Part shown: positions 27,891 through 42,152 of the stretch, in pieces
Layout: the number at the start of each line of letters is the position of its first letter
Numbering within the stretch: the stretch's first letter is position 1
NCBI GenBank assembly: GCA_951406725.2
Contig: OX597814.1
Span: forward strand, 132,866,001-132,930,000
DNA: 64,000 nucleotides
Direction of reading: 5' to 3'
Origin: Octopus vulgaris
Lineage: Eukaryota
Position numbers and translations under genes: made by a program
The notes under the pieces: generated by a model
What the model was told of the DNA's origin: nothing
Database searches by the model: none
The model's input: the letters and a program-made list of their open reading frames with translations, nothing else

Positions 27891-30249
27891 AATTAATTTT
27901 TTTTATATATATATAATTATATCTACATGTGTGTGTGTAAGCAAGTTGTATGTCTTAAATCGATATGATGATAGAGTTAACTAATTTTTTTTTTCATAAT
28001 ATTTCATTGATTAATTTGAAAAAAGGCTGTAACTAGCTATATCATGGTACTTATAGTTGACCAAACTGCTCTCGTTCATGTCACGATACATCTAACATAA
28101 TGACCGTATTATTTTATAAATATGCTCCTTTGTTTATTTTCATTAATAATCTCTTAGAATACTATTATTATGCCAGCTGCGAGATGGATCTCAATCTTAA
28201 TGGAGGAAACAGATTCTTCCTAGTCTATCGTCATAACTATAAAATATTTGCTTTGTATTTGAACAAACAAAACCCGCAAATTAGGCGGCCATTATAATAA
28301 ACATATTCTTTAATGCTACTCTAAAATAACAAGTATGTTGTTTTAAGTCATCAATATATCGATTTAACTGCTTAAAGATATTCTTTATATGTTCATGTGT
28401 ATCATATATTTTATTCTGTTGGGGTTTTTGTTAAGATACTGACGTGGCCTTTATCTATTAATTACATTTCACAGATTTCTTTTCTAAGTCCTAAAACCGT
28501 TCAATCTAACAATTGTAGAAAATGATTTGTTGTGTTGATTTTTATTTTATAAATTTCTAGAATTTTCGTTAATGTGGTGTGTGTGTGCGGCATGTATTTT
28601 AACAGAATACAAATCGGTGTGTTATCTTTGCGTCTGGAGAATGTATCATATTATCAAACAGCAATTATGACCAGCTCCACTTTAGAAGGGGAAATACTCA
28701 ATTTTCCATAATTGTTATTCAAATATATGTTACTGGCCACTGCGAGTTATTCTGAGTAGTTCGTTTTTCTTTAACTTAAGCAAATTGGCTGGGACTCTAA
28801 TGTCATCTGCTCTGTTTTGTATAAGTTAATGTCCTTTGGCTGCTGGAGATTAGGTAGAAAATGTTAGTACTGATGAAGGTTACTGAACCAGTAACACGAC
28901 TGTTCTCTTATTTCCACACAATAAATCTATCTCTAGACAATAAACACGACTGTTCTCTTATCTCCAGACAATAAACCATAATGAGATATCAATTTTAGAG
29001 AATTCTTAAATATTGAAATTATCTTCCCCTCTTAAGTGAATCATATCATAATTGACTTTTGGTAATCATGATACATCCCATAGAAGCAGAGTTCATATTC
29101 ATAAATCAAGAATTTTTGCTGCAAGATATTTAACGTACCTGGTTTTGTCTATAATGTTCTTTTACATGCCGCTGGTCATTTCGAGTAATTTCTCTTAGAT
29201 CATTTTTGTTTGAATTATGCACACAAACATGCATATGCTGACCAGCCACTTGAAAGTAGATATGACTTAGCAGAATGCACAAAGTGCTGGGAATTTGTTT
29301 TAGTTAGGGATGTAGTGTTTCCAAGTGTTGTCCTTTGGAATTATTAAAATAATTAATGACTTTTCTTTAACTTTGCTAGAGAGTAAGTGCGGTATGAATT
29401 ACAAGTCGAGATGTGAGTTTGTTTGTGTGTGCGTATATGTGTTTTGTGATCAGAGTTTGTTTAATATTAAATTTGTGGGTTTAGTATGTTTATATTTGTA
29501 ATGAGCTGAAGATCACTGTGGTGTGAAACTTGTATCCTGAGATAAACATCCAATTTCATGAAAATATATGTGGGTGGAGCGTACGCGTAGGCAGACCGGC
29601 AGACCGGCCGAGAGACAGAGAAATGAATCAATGACATTGTGTATGATATATATTTACACGAAGAGTTGCATAATACACAGAGGCACAAATCAAAGCAACG
29701 CTTCAAGATAACGTTACTGAAAAGAAAAATTACATCGGTTTATGCGAAAGCAACTTATATGTAACTAAAAGATCGCATGTCATTTTTAGATCCGAGAATT
29801 TCACCACACTACTTACTTCCAGGTCCGAATTTGTCAGCAAATGCAAGCATATGGACAAATTTCTTTACACGAACTAGATATCACCCTCTGGCAGACGTTG
29901 GACTACTTTCTGTTGAATTATCCTACAATAACTGGTATAATTATGACATCTACGGTCAAAGGAGACAAGACATAAAAATTCAATTTTACTTTCCTTCTTT
30001 ATTCATGTTTATTTCACTCTTTGTCGTCTCATTCTACATTTTGCATTAATTTTATTCTCAGTTTTTGTCGTTGTTTGTCATGTACACAGCGTCCTGATTT
30101 TCAAGTAGAACAAATCGTGCTCAGAGTTTGATGATTGCTCAGCAACAACACCCACATGTTATAGAAACCTGCGTAACGATATGCTTTAATGGCAAGAAAA
30201 TTTTAGTACGTCTTATTTTAATAGAGTGCACATAAAATTATATACGTAC

Positions 30250-30334
<85 letters not shown>

Positions 30335-30482
30335 CATATATACGCACTTATGGTTTATGTTGAACGAATTAGAGGTGAGTAACCAATCTCAATACATGCT
30401 TAAGTGACGCGAAACTCGACGTGTGAGACAATTTCTGCTTCAGAAACTTATACATATGTACATATTTCTCAATAATGTACCA

Positions 30483-30607
<125 letters not shown>

Positions 30608-31245
30608 CATACATACACACACATACACACATATGCATACATACACATACATACATACATACATGCATACATGCATACATATACACACACACACGCACAT
30701 ATATACATACATGCATACATACATACTTACAGAAGCAGACAGACAGACAAACATTCTGGCAACCAGAGGGAGAGAGAGACATATGTTGAGTGTGACATAG
30801 TTGCAATGTAGTTTTGGTTTTTCAATTGTGATTATTAAAAGAAAAATTGAACGAAAGTTAATTTAGGTCCTATGACATTTATGCTCCACCTTATTTATGT
30901 TTATCTTTTGACATTTTCCCCACATGTATGCATAATAACTCCCTTACCATTTTGTTACAAATTGATTTTCGTCCCAATGATTTAAACTTAAACATTTCTT
31001 TATCAGTAATATGTGGTATTCATTATCATATAAATAGTTCAGAATCTATATGTGGATGAGACAACCACATTTAGATAGCAATCCAGGATAATGCCAGCTG
31101 TTGACCGTATATCCACCTGAATGAGATACGTGTCACGTTTAACTTTAAGAAGTTAGGTTATAGATTATTTTCGCTGTTTCTCCTTTATACCCAGTCTTCT
31201 GTCTATATCTGTTCTTTTGGCTACTTCTGATAGATAACTTTTCTG

Positions 31246-31745
31246 TTTCGTAATTCAGTTTTGTGAAATTTATATATATTATATTTTTATCTATCTATTT
31301 ATTCATTGCAGAAAAGAAACTAAAAGCCTTTTAAATAATCTAAATGTTAATGGACAATTTTCTATACAAATGTTTTTTTTTTATTTATGCACCCTTTTCA
31401 AGCTAAGCCAGGCTCATGGGCCCAGTTTCCTAGTTTCTATGGTGTATGTGTTCCCCCCAGCTGGACGGGACGCTAGTCCATCGCAGCGTTAATTCAGCGT
31501 TAATTTCGTAATTCAGTTTTGTGAAATTTATATATATTATATTTTTATCTATCTATTTATTCATTGCAGAAAAGAAACTAAAAGCCTTTTAAATAATCTA
31601 AATGTTAATGGACAATTTTCTATACAAATGTTTTTTTTATATTTTTGCGCCCTTTTCAAGCCGCACCAGGCTCATGGGCCCAGTTTCCTAGTTTCTATGG
31701 CGTATGTGTTCCCCCCAGCTGGACGGGACGCTAGTCCATCGCAGC
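31246..31745 (+). repeat. ~258 bp tandem duplication including a SINE 3' end
   Basis: 31246-31487 is repeated at 31504-31745 with a few substitutions. Confidence 0.9.
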
Positions 31746-31939
31746 CTTACTCAAGAAACAGGAAGAAAGGGTGAGATAAAGTTGGGGCGAAAGAGTACAA
31801 TAGGGGTCGCCACCACACCCTGTCGGAGCTTTAGGTGTTTTTGTTCAATAAACATACACAACGCCCGGTCTGGGAATCGAAACCGCAATCCTCCGACCGC
31901 GAATCCGCTGCCCTAACCACTGGGCCATCTCGCCGCCAC
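31633..31939 (-). mobile_element. family B SINE (tail type 2) with TSD
   Basis: tRNA-like head, poly(A) tail, and direct repeat ATACAAATGTT on both sides (~31622 and ~31940). Confidence 0.85.
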
Positions 31940-32853
31940 ATACAAATGTTAACCAAGTAAATTTCGTGATTAGTGATGGATCAATTTTGTGTTTTATGGT
32001 CTAATTAGGATGCAGGAGCAGTGCTTATAATCTTTTTTTATATTTCGAGACTAATTTCCGAGCTTGAATATTTGCTAGCCAGAAATCGTGGGCCAAAAGA
32101 GAATTCAGTAATGATAACATTCTAGAAAGGAAGTATTGCGTAAATGATGCGCTACAAGTGGAAGTGAGACTGGTATGTTAGGTGAGCCTATGTGAAGTTT
32201 GTATGCAATTGCATAGGAATAAAGGCATAAAACACATCAAATTTTCAAAAAATACAATGGACACAAGTACGAAAGTATACAAACATGGTAAGGAAAATCG
32301 GTACGAAATTGGAGTGAGATTCCTAATTGAAGTGCATAAAAAAACTGGAAAAAATTTCAGTCCAAATAGTTCTAAAATACGTTCATTTCAACGTTACAAT
32401 GGAAGGTAGCACCCAAATAGGTTCCTAATTATCTAAAAGCCTGAAGGTACGATGTGGCAACACAATGTTCATTGACTGTCTGCTTATCACTAACGCACCC
32501 ACAACCGAATTCAGAACACACCAATAAAAAGAAAAATCACAAAAACAACCACAACAAAAGTGCAAGAATGAATCCCCCCAAAAATACAGGAATTTAAAAA
32601 GCAGCAAACCAAAATTGTTCTGTCAGTAACTGTACTGATGTTCAAAAGAGAATCATATAAATTTATAAAGTAGGCAATTTTGGAAGAAAACTAGCATTGA
32701 TATTTTAGAGAGGCATTTGTGAGATGCCCCGTCAAGAACCTAAATTACTATAGGAAAATAAAGAGAAGTTCATCGTTTCATACATGCTTTTGACTCAAGT
32801 TTTAGTTCAGCTCAAATCGCTCAATAGACATCTGCTTTATATTTTATAATATC

Positions 32854-32953
32854 NNNNNNNNNNNNNNNNNNNNNNNNNNNNNNNNNNNNNNNNNNNNNNN
32901 NNNNNNNNNNNNNNNNNNNNNNNNNNNNNNNNNNNNNNNNNNNNNNNNNNNNN
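32854..32953. other. assembly gap (100 N)
   Basis: Exactly 100 Ns. Confidence 0.99.
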
Positions 32954-32989
32954 GTCTAGTTTTGGAAATTGTGTTTTGTATGCGACAGA

Positions 32990-33055
32990 CTACGCTGATG
33001 AGCCTGCAGATATGTACATTTATAAATATTAACAAGTGAAACAATTGGTACGTAG
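32990..33055 (+). ncRNA. duplicate of hammerhead motif 27346-27411
   Basis: Identical sequence within the duplicated block. Confidence 0.65.
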
Positions 33056-35893
33056 GTAATCGTTTTTTATTTCGTATATTTTCATTTGTCTTGCTCATTT
33101 TTACATTCTGGCGTTTTGCTAAATTTTTTCTTGAGAACACACTCTTCGTTGTAAGGCGATTTGACGTCTATATTTAGCATATTAGGAGTCCACTGTGGTG
33201 GTCATTCCTCTTGAATTTGTATATATATATATATATATATATACACATACATGTGTGTGTCTGTGTGTGTGTGTGTGTGTGTGTGTAGTGGTGACGCATG
33301 GTTTAGTGGTTAGGGTGTTGAACTCAAGATCGCAAGATTGTGACTTTGATTCCTGGACCGCAAAACACGTTATGTTTTTGAGCAAAACACTTCATTTCAC
33401 TTTGCTCCAGTCCACTCAGCTGGCAAAAATGAGTAATCCTGCGACGAAGCGACGTCCCGTCCAGGAATACATGCTCCATTGAAACCGGGAAACTGGCCCT
33501 CATTAACCTGGCATGGCTCGAGAAGGAAGCATTTAATTAATTTTTTTATATATATATATAATTATATCTACATGTGTGTGTGTAAGCAAGTTGTATGTCT
33601 TAAATCGATATGATGATAGAGTTAACTTTTTTTTTTTTCATAATATTTCATTGATTAATTTGAAAAAAGGCTGTAACTAGCTATATCATGGTACTTATAG
33701 TTGACCAAACTGCTCTCGTTCATGTCACGATACATCTAACATAATGACCGTATTATTTTATAAATATGCTCCTTTGTTTATTTTCATTAATAATCTCTTA
33801 GAATACTATTATTATGCCAGCTGCGAGATGGATCTCAATCTTAATGGAGGAAACAGATTCTTCCTAGTCTATCGTCATAACTATAAAATATTTGCTTTGT
33901 ATTTGAACAAACAAAACCCGCAAATTAGGCGGCCATTATAATAAACATATTCTTTAATGCTACTCTAAAATAACAAGTATGTTGTTTTAAGTCATCAATA
34001 TATCGATTTAACTGCTTAAAGATATTCTTTATATGTTCATGTGTATCATATATTTTATTCTGTTGGGGTTTTTGTTAAGATACTGACGTGGCCTTTATCT
34101 ATTAATTACATTTCACAGATTTCTTTTCTAAGTCCTAAAACCGTTCAATCTAACAATTGTAGAAAATGATTTGTTGTGTTGATTTTTATTTTATAAATTT
34201 CTAGAATTTTCGTTAATGTGGTGTGTGTGTGCGGCATGTATTTTAACAGAATACAAATCGGTGTGTTATCTTTGCGTCTGGAGAATGTATCATATTATCA
34301 AACAGCAATTATGACCAGCTCCACTTTAGAAGGGGAAATACTCAATTTTCCATAATTGTTATTCAAATATATGTTACTGGCCACTGCGAGTTATTCTGAG
34401 TAGTTCGTTTTTCTTTAACTTAAGCAAATTGGCTGGGACTCTAATGTCATCTGCTCTGTTTTGTATAAGTTAATGTCCTTTGGCTGCTGGAGATTAGGTA
34501 GAAAATGTTAGTACTGATGAAGGTTACTGAACCAGTAACACGACTGTTCTCTTATTTCCACACAATAAATCTATCTCTAGACAATAAACACGACTGTTCT
34601 CTTATCTCCAGACAATAAACCATAATGAGATATCAATTTTAGAGAATTCTTAAATATTGAAATTATCTTCCCCTCTTAAGTGAATCATATCATAATTGAC
34701 TTTTGGTAATCATGATACATCCCATAGAAGCAGAGTTCATATTCATAAATCAAGAATTTTTGCTGCAAGATATTTAACGTACCTGGTTTTGTCTATAATG
34801 TTCTTTTACATGCCGCTGGTCATTTCGAGTAATTTCTCTTAGATCATTTTTGTTTGAATTATGCACACAAACATGCATATGCTGACCAGCCACTTGAAAG
34901 TAGATATGACTTAGCAGAATGCACAAAGTGCTGGGAATTTGTTTTAGTTAGGGATGTAGTGTTTCCAAGTGTTGTCCTTTGGAATTATTAAAATAATTAA
35001 TGACTTTTCTTTAACTTTGCTAGAGAGTAAGTGCGGTATGAATTACAAGTCGAGATGTGAGTTTGTTTGTGTGTGCGTATATGTGTTTTGTGATCAGAGT
35101 TTGTTTAATATTAAATTTGTGGGTTTAGTATGTTTATATTTGTAATGAGCTGAAGATCACTGTGGTGTGAAACTTGTATCCTGAGATAAACATCCAATTT
35201 CATGAAAATATATGTGGGTGGAGCGTACGCGTAGGCAGACCGGCAGACCGGCCGAGAGACAGAGAAATGAATCAATGACATTGTGTATGATATATATTTA
35301 CACGAAGAGTTGCATAATACACAGAGGCACAAATCAAAGCAACGCTTCAAGATAACGTTACTGAAAAGAAAAATTACATCGGTTTATGCGAAAGCAACTT
35401 ATATGTAACTAAAAGATCGCATGTCATTTTTAGATCCGAGAATTTCACCACACTACTTACTTCCAGGTCCGAATTTGTCAGCAAATGCAAGCATATGGAC
35501 AAATTTCTTTACACGAACTAGATATCACCCTCTGGCAGACGTTGGACTACTTTCTGTTGAATTATCCTACAATAACTGGTATAATTATGACATCTACGGT
35601 CAAAGGAGACAAGACATAAAAATTCAATTTTACTTTCCTTCTTTATTCATGTTTATTTCACTCTTTGTCGTCTCATTCTACATTTTGCATTAATTTTATT
35701 CTCAGTTTTTGTCGTTGTTTGTCATGTACACAGCGTCCTGATTTTCAAGTAGAACAAATCGTGCTCAGAGTTTGATGATTGCTCAGCAACAACACCCACA
35801 TGTTATAGAAACCTGCGTAACGATATGCTTTAATGGCAAGAAAATTTTAGTACGTCTTATTTTAATAGAGTGCACATAAAATTATATACGTAC

Positions 35894-35972
<79 letters not shown>

Positions 35973-36120
35973 CATATATACGCACTTATGGTTTATGTTG
36001 AACGAATTAGAGGTGAGTAACCAATCTCAATACATGCTTAAGTGACGCGAAACTCGACGTGTGAGACAATTTCTGCTTCAGAAACTTATACATATGTACA
36101 TATTTCTCAATAATGTACCA

Positions 36121-36217
<97 letters not shown>

Positions 36218-37274
36218 CATACATATATATATGTATATATACATACATACATACACACACATACACACATATGCATACATACACATACATACATACATAC
36301 ATGCATACATGCATACATATACACACACACACACGCACATATATACATACATGCATACATACATACTTACAGAGGCAGACAGACAGACAAACATTCTGGC
36401 AACCAGAGGGAGAGAGAGACATATGTTGAGTGTGACATAGTTGCAATGTAGTTTTGGTTTTTCAATTGTGATTATTAAAAGAAAAATTGAACGAAAGTTA
36501 ATTTAGGTCCTATGACATTTATGCTCCACCTTATTTATGTTTATCTTTTGACATTTTCCCCACATGTATGCATAATAACTCCCTTACCATTTTGTTACAA
36601 ATTGATTTTCGTCCCAATGATTTAAACTTAAACATTTCTTTATCAGTAATATGTGGTATTCATTATCATATAAATAGTTCAGAATCTATATGTGGATGAG
36701 ACAACCACATTTAGATAGCAATCCAGGATAATGCCAGCTGTTGACCGTATATCCACCTGAATGAGATACGTGTCACGTTTAACTTTAAGAAGTTAGGTTA
36801 TAGATTATTTTCGCTGTTTCTCCTTTATACCCAGTCTTCTGTCTATATCTGTTCTTTTGGCTACTTCTGATAGATAACTTTTCTGTTTCGTAATTCAGTT
36901 TTGTGAAATTTATATATATTATATTTTTATCTATCTATTTATTCATTGCAGAAAAGAAACTAAAAGCCTTTTAAATAATCTAAATGTTAATGGACAATTT
37001 TCTATACAAATGTTTTTTTTTTTATTTATGCACCCTTTTCAAGCTAAGCCAGGCTCATGGGCCCAGTTTCCTAGTTTCTATGGTGTATGTGTTCCCCCCA
37101 GCTGGACGGGACGCTAGTCCATCGCAGCGTTAATTCAGCGTTAATTTCGTAATTCAGTTTTGTGAAATTTATATATATTATATTTTTATCTATCTATTTA
37201 TTCATTGCAGAAAAGAAACTAAAAGCCTTTTAAATAATCTAAATGTTAATGGACAATTTTCTATACAAATGTTT

Positions 37275-37581
37275 TTTTTTATATTTTTGCGCCCTTTTCA
37301 AGCCGCACCAGGCTCATGGGCCCAGTTTCCTAGTTTCTATGGCGTATGTGTTCCCCCCAGCTGGACGGGACGCTAGTCCATCGCAGCCTTACTCAAGAAA
37401 CAGGAAGAAAGGGTGAGATAAAGTTGGGGCGAAAGAGTACAATAGGGGTCGCCACCACACCCTGTCGGAGCTTTAGGTGTTTTTGTTCAATAAACATACA
37501 CAACGCCCGGTCTGGGAATCGAAACCGCAATCCTCCGACCGCGAATCCGCTGCCCTAACCACTGGGCCATCTCGCCGCCAC
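37275..37581 (-). mobile_element. duplicate of family B SINE 31633-31939
   Basis: Lies within the duplicated block. Confidence 0.85.
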
Positions 37582-38892
37582 ATACAAATGTTAACCAAGT
37601 AAATTTCGTGATTAGTGATGGATCAATTTTGTGTTTTATGGTCTAATTAGGATGCAGGAGCAGTGCTTATAATCTTTTTTTATATTTCGAGACTAATTTC
37701 CGAGCTTGAATATTTGCTAGCCAGAAATCGTGGGCCAAAAGAGAATTCAGTAATGATAACATTCTAGAAAGGAAGTATTGCGTAAATGATGCGCTACAAG
37801 TGGAAGTGAGACTGGTATGTTAGGTGAGCCTATGTGAAGTTTGTATGCAATTGCATAGGAATAAAGGCATAAAACACATCAAATTTTCAAAAAATACAAT
37901 GGACACAAGTACGAAAGTATACAAACATGGTAAGGAAAATCGGTACGAAATTGGAGTGAGATTCCTAATTGAAGTGCATAAAAAAAACTGGAAAAAATTT
38001 CAGTCCAAATAGTTCTAAAATACGTTCATTTCAACGTTACAATGGAAGGTAGCACCCAAATAGGTTCCTAATTATCTAAAAGCCTGAAGGTACGATGTGG
38101 CAACACAATGTTCATTGACTGTCTGCTTATCACTAACGCACCCACAACCGAATTCAGAACACACCAATAAAAAGAAAAATCACAAAAACAACCACAACAA
38201 AAGTGCAAGAATGAATCCCCCCAAAAATACAGGAATTTAAAAAGCAGCAAACCAAAATTGTTCTGTCAGTAACTGTACTGATGTTCAAAAGAGAATCATA
38301 TAAATTTATAAAGTAGGCAATTTTGGAAGAAAACTAGCATTGATATTTTAGAGAGGCATTTGTGAGATGCCCCGTCAAGAACCTAAATTACTATAGGAAA
38401 ATAAAGAGAAGTTCATCGTTTCATACATGCTTTTGACTCAAGTTTTAGTTCAGCTCAAATCGCTCAATAGACATCTGCTTTATATTTTATAATATCATAT
38501 GACTCGTACGTCATAAAAATAACGGAATACGATAACCTTCAGACGTTCTTGATAATAATCAATATTATGTTGAATTTAACGATATTGTGTGGCAAATCTC
38601 CGCAGAGGCGGACAACGAAATGTTTTGGGATATTTAGCTATGTCATTTTACGTTCTGATCTCAAACTCCACCGAAGTCAGCTGTTAACTCTTAACTCCTC
38701 TATAACATTTATAGTCGCATGCATTTTAGAAATACTATGTCAAAAGCAGTGGAAATGAGGAAAATAGTAGAATGATTGATTAAATTATCTAACATGATTG
38801 TTATCTTTTATAACTGAATTGGATGACCAGTTAGAAATTAAGTATCATGGCTCCGTACACAAAATACTATCCGCCACAAAACAAGAACCATC

Positions 38893-38977
<85 letters not shown>

Positions 38978-39236
38978 CAGATAGACAAATAGATATAGAT
39001 ATAGATATACATACATCTATATGTATGTATATCATACATACATACATGCATACCTACGTGAGGAGGTACTGAATCGTTCTTGGCTTTACGTAAAAGTACA
39101 TACAAGAGAATCAGTTATGATATTATCCACCATATTCCCCTCTCAAATTCACACACTTATTGCAGCGGGCTTTCAGTTTCTCTAAACCTTGTAAAAGAAC
39201 ACGGAGGTTTGGGCTTCCAGCCAGGCTTTTTGCGCG

Positions 39237-39279
<43 letters not shown>

Positions 39280-39784
39280 ATACACGCATATATGTATAAT
39301 GAATCCAAGAACATCATTCGGTTGATTTAGCGAGAAGTAAATAGGTAGATGGAACAAATTCTCTCCAGCATTTAGCTCAAAGATGCGCAAAATCCTACTT
39401 CTGCCTTGTCTATCAATATTATAGTGACTTCTCCAATTTGGAGTTGACTGGTTTCTTATCACTTCCAGCCAAGTATCCATAGTTCACTTGCCTGTCCTCT
39501 CGTCACCTGTATGATGTCTACCGATACACACCTAAACCAACCAATACACCCACTATATCCTCCTTAGAATGTTGATACTCAATGATCCCTTTTCTTGCAG
39601 AGCTTTATTTTTTACTGTTACTTTCTACATACAAGAGGAATATTAATTGATTTCCCCGAGGCAGCGAACGTCATGGACAAAACCCTAAAACCGATAAAAT
39701 GTGTGTGCTAGCAAATTATAGTAAATATTTGGAATATTTACGAGGATAACTTAATAAAATGTTTCCTTTATGCTACCTAAAAAT

Positions 39785-40030
39785 GGCAAAAACTTTAGCA
39801 CGCCTGGCGAAATGCTTAGCGGTATTTCGTCTGCCGCTACGTTCTGAGTTCAAATTCCGCCGAGGTCGACTTTGCCTTTCATCCTTTCGGGGTCAATAAA
39901 TTAAGTACCAGTTACGCACTGGGGTCGATATAATCGACTTAATCCGTTTGTCTGTCCTTGTTTGTCCTCTCTGTGTTTATCCCCTTGTGGGTAGTAAAGA
40001 AATAGGTATTTCGTCTGTCTTTACGTTCTG
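39785..40030 (+). mobile_element. Meta-domain-type SINE (family C), followed by the start of a second unit that is split by the RTE
   Basis: GAGTTCAAATTCC B box and GCCTTTCATCCTTTCGGGGTCAATAAATTAAGTACCAG (Meta-domain-like). The second unit begins at ~40004 and resumes at 42153. Confidence 0.8.
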
Positions 40031-42152
40031 TGTCAGGGCTCCGCTTGGAGCTACTGGTAACATGTATCCCAGTACAACCTGCACAGTCCAGGCAAAACTC
40101 CGCCTCATGCAAGACGCATGATTAAGCGCCAAGGCGGATGAGATTCAGGGATACGCAGACAAACACGACACCAAGAAATTCTACGAGGCGCTGAAAGCTG
40201 TCTATGGACCGCAGTCCTCCTTTGGATCAACCCCCCTGCTCAGCTCGGATGGAACCTCACTCCTGATTAACAAGAGGCTGATCCTGGAGAGATGGGCGGA
40301 GCATTTCAACATCGTGCTCAACCGACCAGCCCAGATCAACGAGGAAGCCATCGCACGACTCCCCCAGGTGCCGACAAACCACGAGCATCAAAAAAATGTC
40401 CACCGGCAAAGCTCCAGTCTCTGACGCCATCCCTGCAGAGGTGTTCAAGTCGGGCGGCCCCACCATGATCAGTCAGCTCACCAGCCTGTTCCAGTCGATG
40501 TGGGACAGGGAACAACTCCCTCAAGATTTCCGGGACGCAACAATCGTCCACATTTATAAGCGGAAAGGAGATCGGCAGTCCCTCGACAACCACCGAGGAA
40601 TCTCCCTCTTGTCCATATCAGGCAAGATCCTGGCCTGAGTCCTGTTTGACCGCCTTCTGGAACACTTGGAGCAAGGCCTTCTCCCTGAGAGCCAGTGTGG
40701 CTTCCGCGCGGGTCGAGGGACCACTGACATGATATTCGCCGCCCGCCAGCTCCAGGAGAAATGCATGGAGCAGCACCTTGACCTCTGCATGACCTTTGTT
40801 GATCTCACCAGGGCTTTCGATACAGTCAGTCGGGAGGGACTCTGGAAGGTCATGGGAAAATTTGGTTGCCCCAGCAAATTTATTGCAATTGTCCGCCAGT
40901 TCCACGACGGAATGACAGCCAGAGTTCTTGAAGACGGCAACTCATCTGAAGTCTTCCAGGTGACCAACGGAGTCAGGCAGGGCTGTGTCCTGGCCCCAAC
41001 ACTGTTCAGCATCATGTTCTCGGCAATGCTGTCCGACGCCTTCAAGGACTGCAAGTCTGGTATCGACATCAAGTACAGGACGGACGGGATATTTTTCAAC
41101 TGCAGAAGATTGCAGGCCGTCACAAAGGTGAGGGAGACAGTTGTCAGAGACTTTCTCTTTGTTGACGACTGCGCCCTTAATGCAATCGCTGAGCAGGAGA
41201 TGCAGCTCGGGATGGACAGGTTCTCATCAGCCTGTGACAACTTCGGTCTCACCATCAGTGCCAAGAAAACCGAAGTGATGTTTCAGCCAGCCCCCGGCAA
41301 ACAATACCATGAGCCTCAGATAAAGGTGAACGGACGGATCCTACGAGCGGTGGAAAACTTCACCTACCTGGGCAGCACTCTCTCCTGCAATGCCAACATA
41401 GATGCTGAAATCATCAACAGAATCTCCAAGGCAAGCAGCGCGTTTGGGAGACTGCGAAAGAAAGTCTGGGAGCGGAGAGGAATCAGCCTCAACACCAAGC
41501 TGAAAGTCTACCGGGCAGTCGTGCTTACCACCCTACTATACGGCTGCGAGACGTGGACTGCTTACCGAAGGCACGAGCGCCAGATAAACCACTTCCACCT
41601 CAGGTGTCTTCGGAACCTCCTTCACATCCGCTGGCAGGACAAAGTCCCAGACACGGAAGTTCTGAAGCAGGCAGATCTCCCTAGCACCATCACGATCATG
41701 CGCAAGGCCCAGCTGAGATGGGCAGGCCACGTCTCCCGCATGTCCGACACTCGCATCCCAAAACAGCTCTTCTACGGTGAACTCAGCCAGGGCAAACGCA
41801 AAGTCGGAGGGCAGAAGAAGCGCTTCAAGGACAGTCTCAAAGTCTCTCTCAAAGACTTCTCCATCGGCACAGAGACTTGGGAGACACTTGCTGCCGACCG
41901 CTCATCCTGGCGCAGCGCAATCACCACAGGAGCAAAGACAGCCGAGGAGAGACGGATTCAGTCAGCAGAACAGAAACGCCAGATGCGGAAAGCCAGAGCC
42001 ACCTGCACCAATAGCACAGCCCCTACCCACTTCTGCCCCACCTGTGGGAGGGGCTTTCTTGCCCGGATTGGCCTCACCAGCCACCTCCGGTCTCATAGCA
42101 GCAATTCCACCAAATGATGTCAATGGTCATCTTCGAACCCGAAGGACGAACA
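40031..42152 (+). mobile_element. young 5'-incomplete RTE (BovB-like) LINE with TSD
   Basis: RT ORF 40666-42117 plus upstream broken frames (KADEIQGYADKHDTKKFYEALKAVYGP, DNHRGISLLS). Short 3'UTR. TSD-like TTTACGTTCTG (40020-40030) and TTAACGTTCTG (42153-42163). Much more GC-rich than the flanks. Confidence 0.95.
40666..42117 (+). CDS. RTE reverse transcriptase ORF remnant with C-terminal C2H2 finger (483 aa)
   Basis: QCGFR, FVDLTRAFDTV, GVRQGCVLAP, LFVDD, FTYLGS, LRWAGHV, CPTCGRGFLARIGLTSHLRSH. Confidence 0.9.
   Translation: MEQGLLPESQCGFRAGRGTTDMIFAARQLQEKCMEQHLDLCMTFVDLTRAFDTVSREGLWKVMGKFGCPSKFIAIVRQFHDGMTARVLEDGNSSEVFQVTNGVRQGCVLAPTLFSIMFSAMLSDAFKDCKSGIDIKYRTDGIFFNCRRLQAVTKVRETVVRDFLFVDDCALNAIAEQEMQLGMDRFSSACDNFGLTISAKKTEVMFQPAPGKQYHEPQIKVNGRILRAVENFTYLGSTLSCNANIDAEIINRISKASSAFGRLRKKVWERRGISLNTKLKVYRAVVLTTLLYGCETWTAYRRHERQINHFHLRCLRNLLHIRWQDKVPDTEVLKQADLPSTITIMRKAQLRWAGHVSRMSDTRIPKQLFYGELSQGKRKVGGQKKRFKDSLKVSLKDFSIGTETWETLAADRSSWRSAITTGAKTAEERRIQSAEQKRQMRKARATCTNSTAPTHFCPTCGRGFLARIGLTSHLRSHSSNSTK

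Larger units (their letters stand above)
32954..38496 (+). repeat. copy 2 of the 5.5 kb duplication (probable haplotypic/assembly duplicate)
   Basis: Starts exactly after the gap; differs mostly in microsatellite and homopolymer lengths plus rare substitutions. Confidence 0.95.

Noticed and set aside
28865-28978. CTGATGA-A-GGTT-actg-AACC followed by a ~51 bp two-unit repeat
   Set aside because: Hammerhead-like 5' half only, with no GAAA or stem I. Two repeat units are not a CRISPR-like array.
32180-32620. Possible Tc1 N-terminal relic
   Set aside because: Only vague resemblance; no TIR or catalytic motif recognised.
40554-41264. 236 aa antisense ORF in the RTE
   Set aside because: Shadow frame of a GC-rich RT coding strand.
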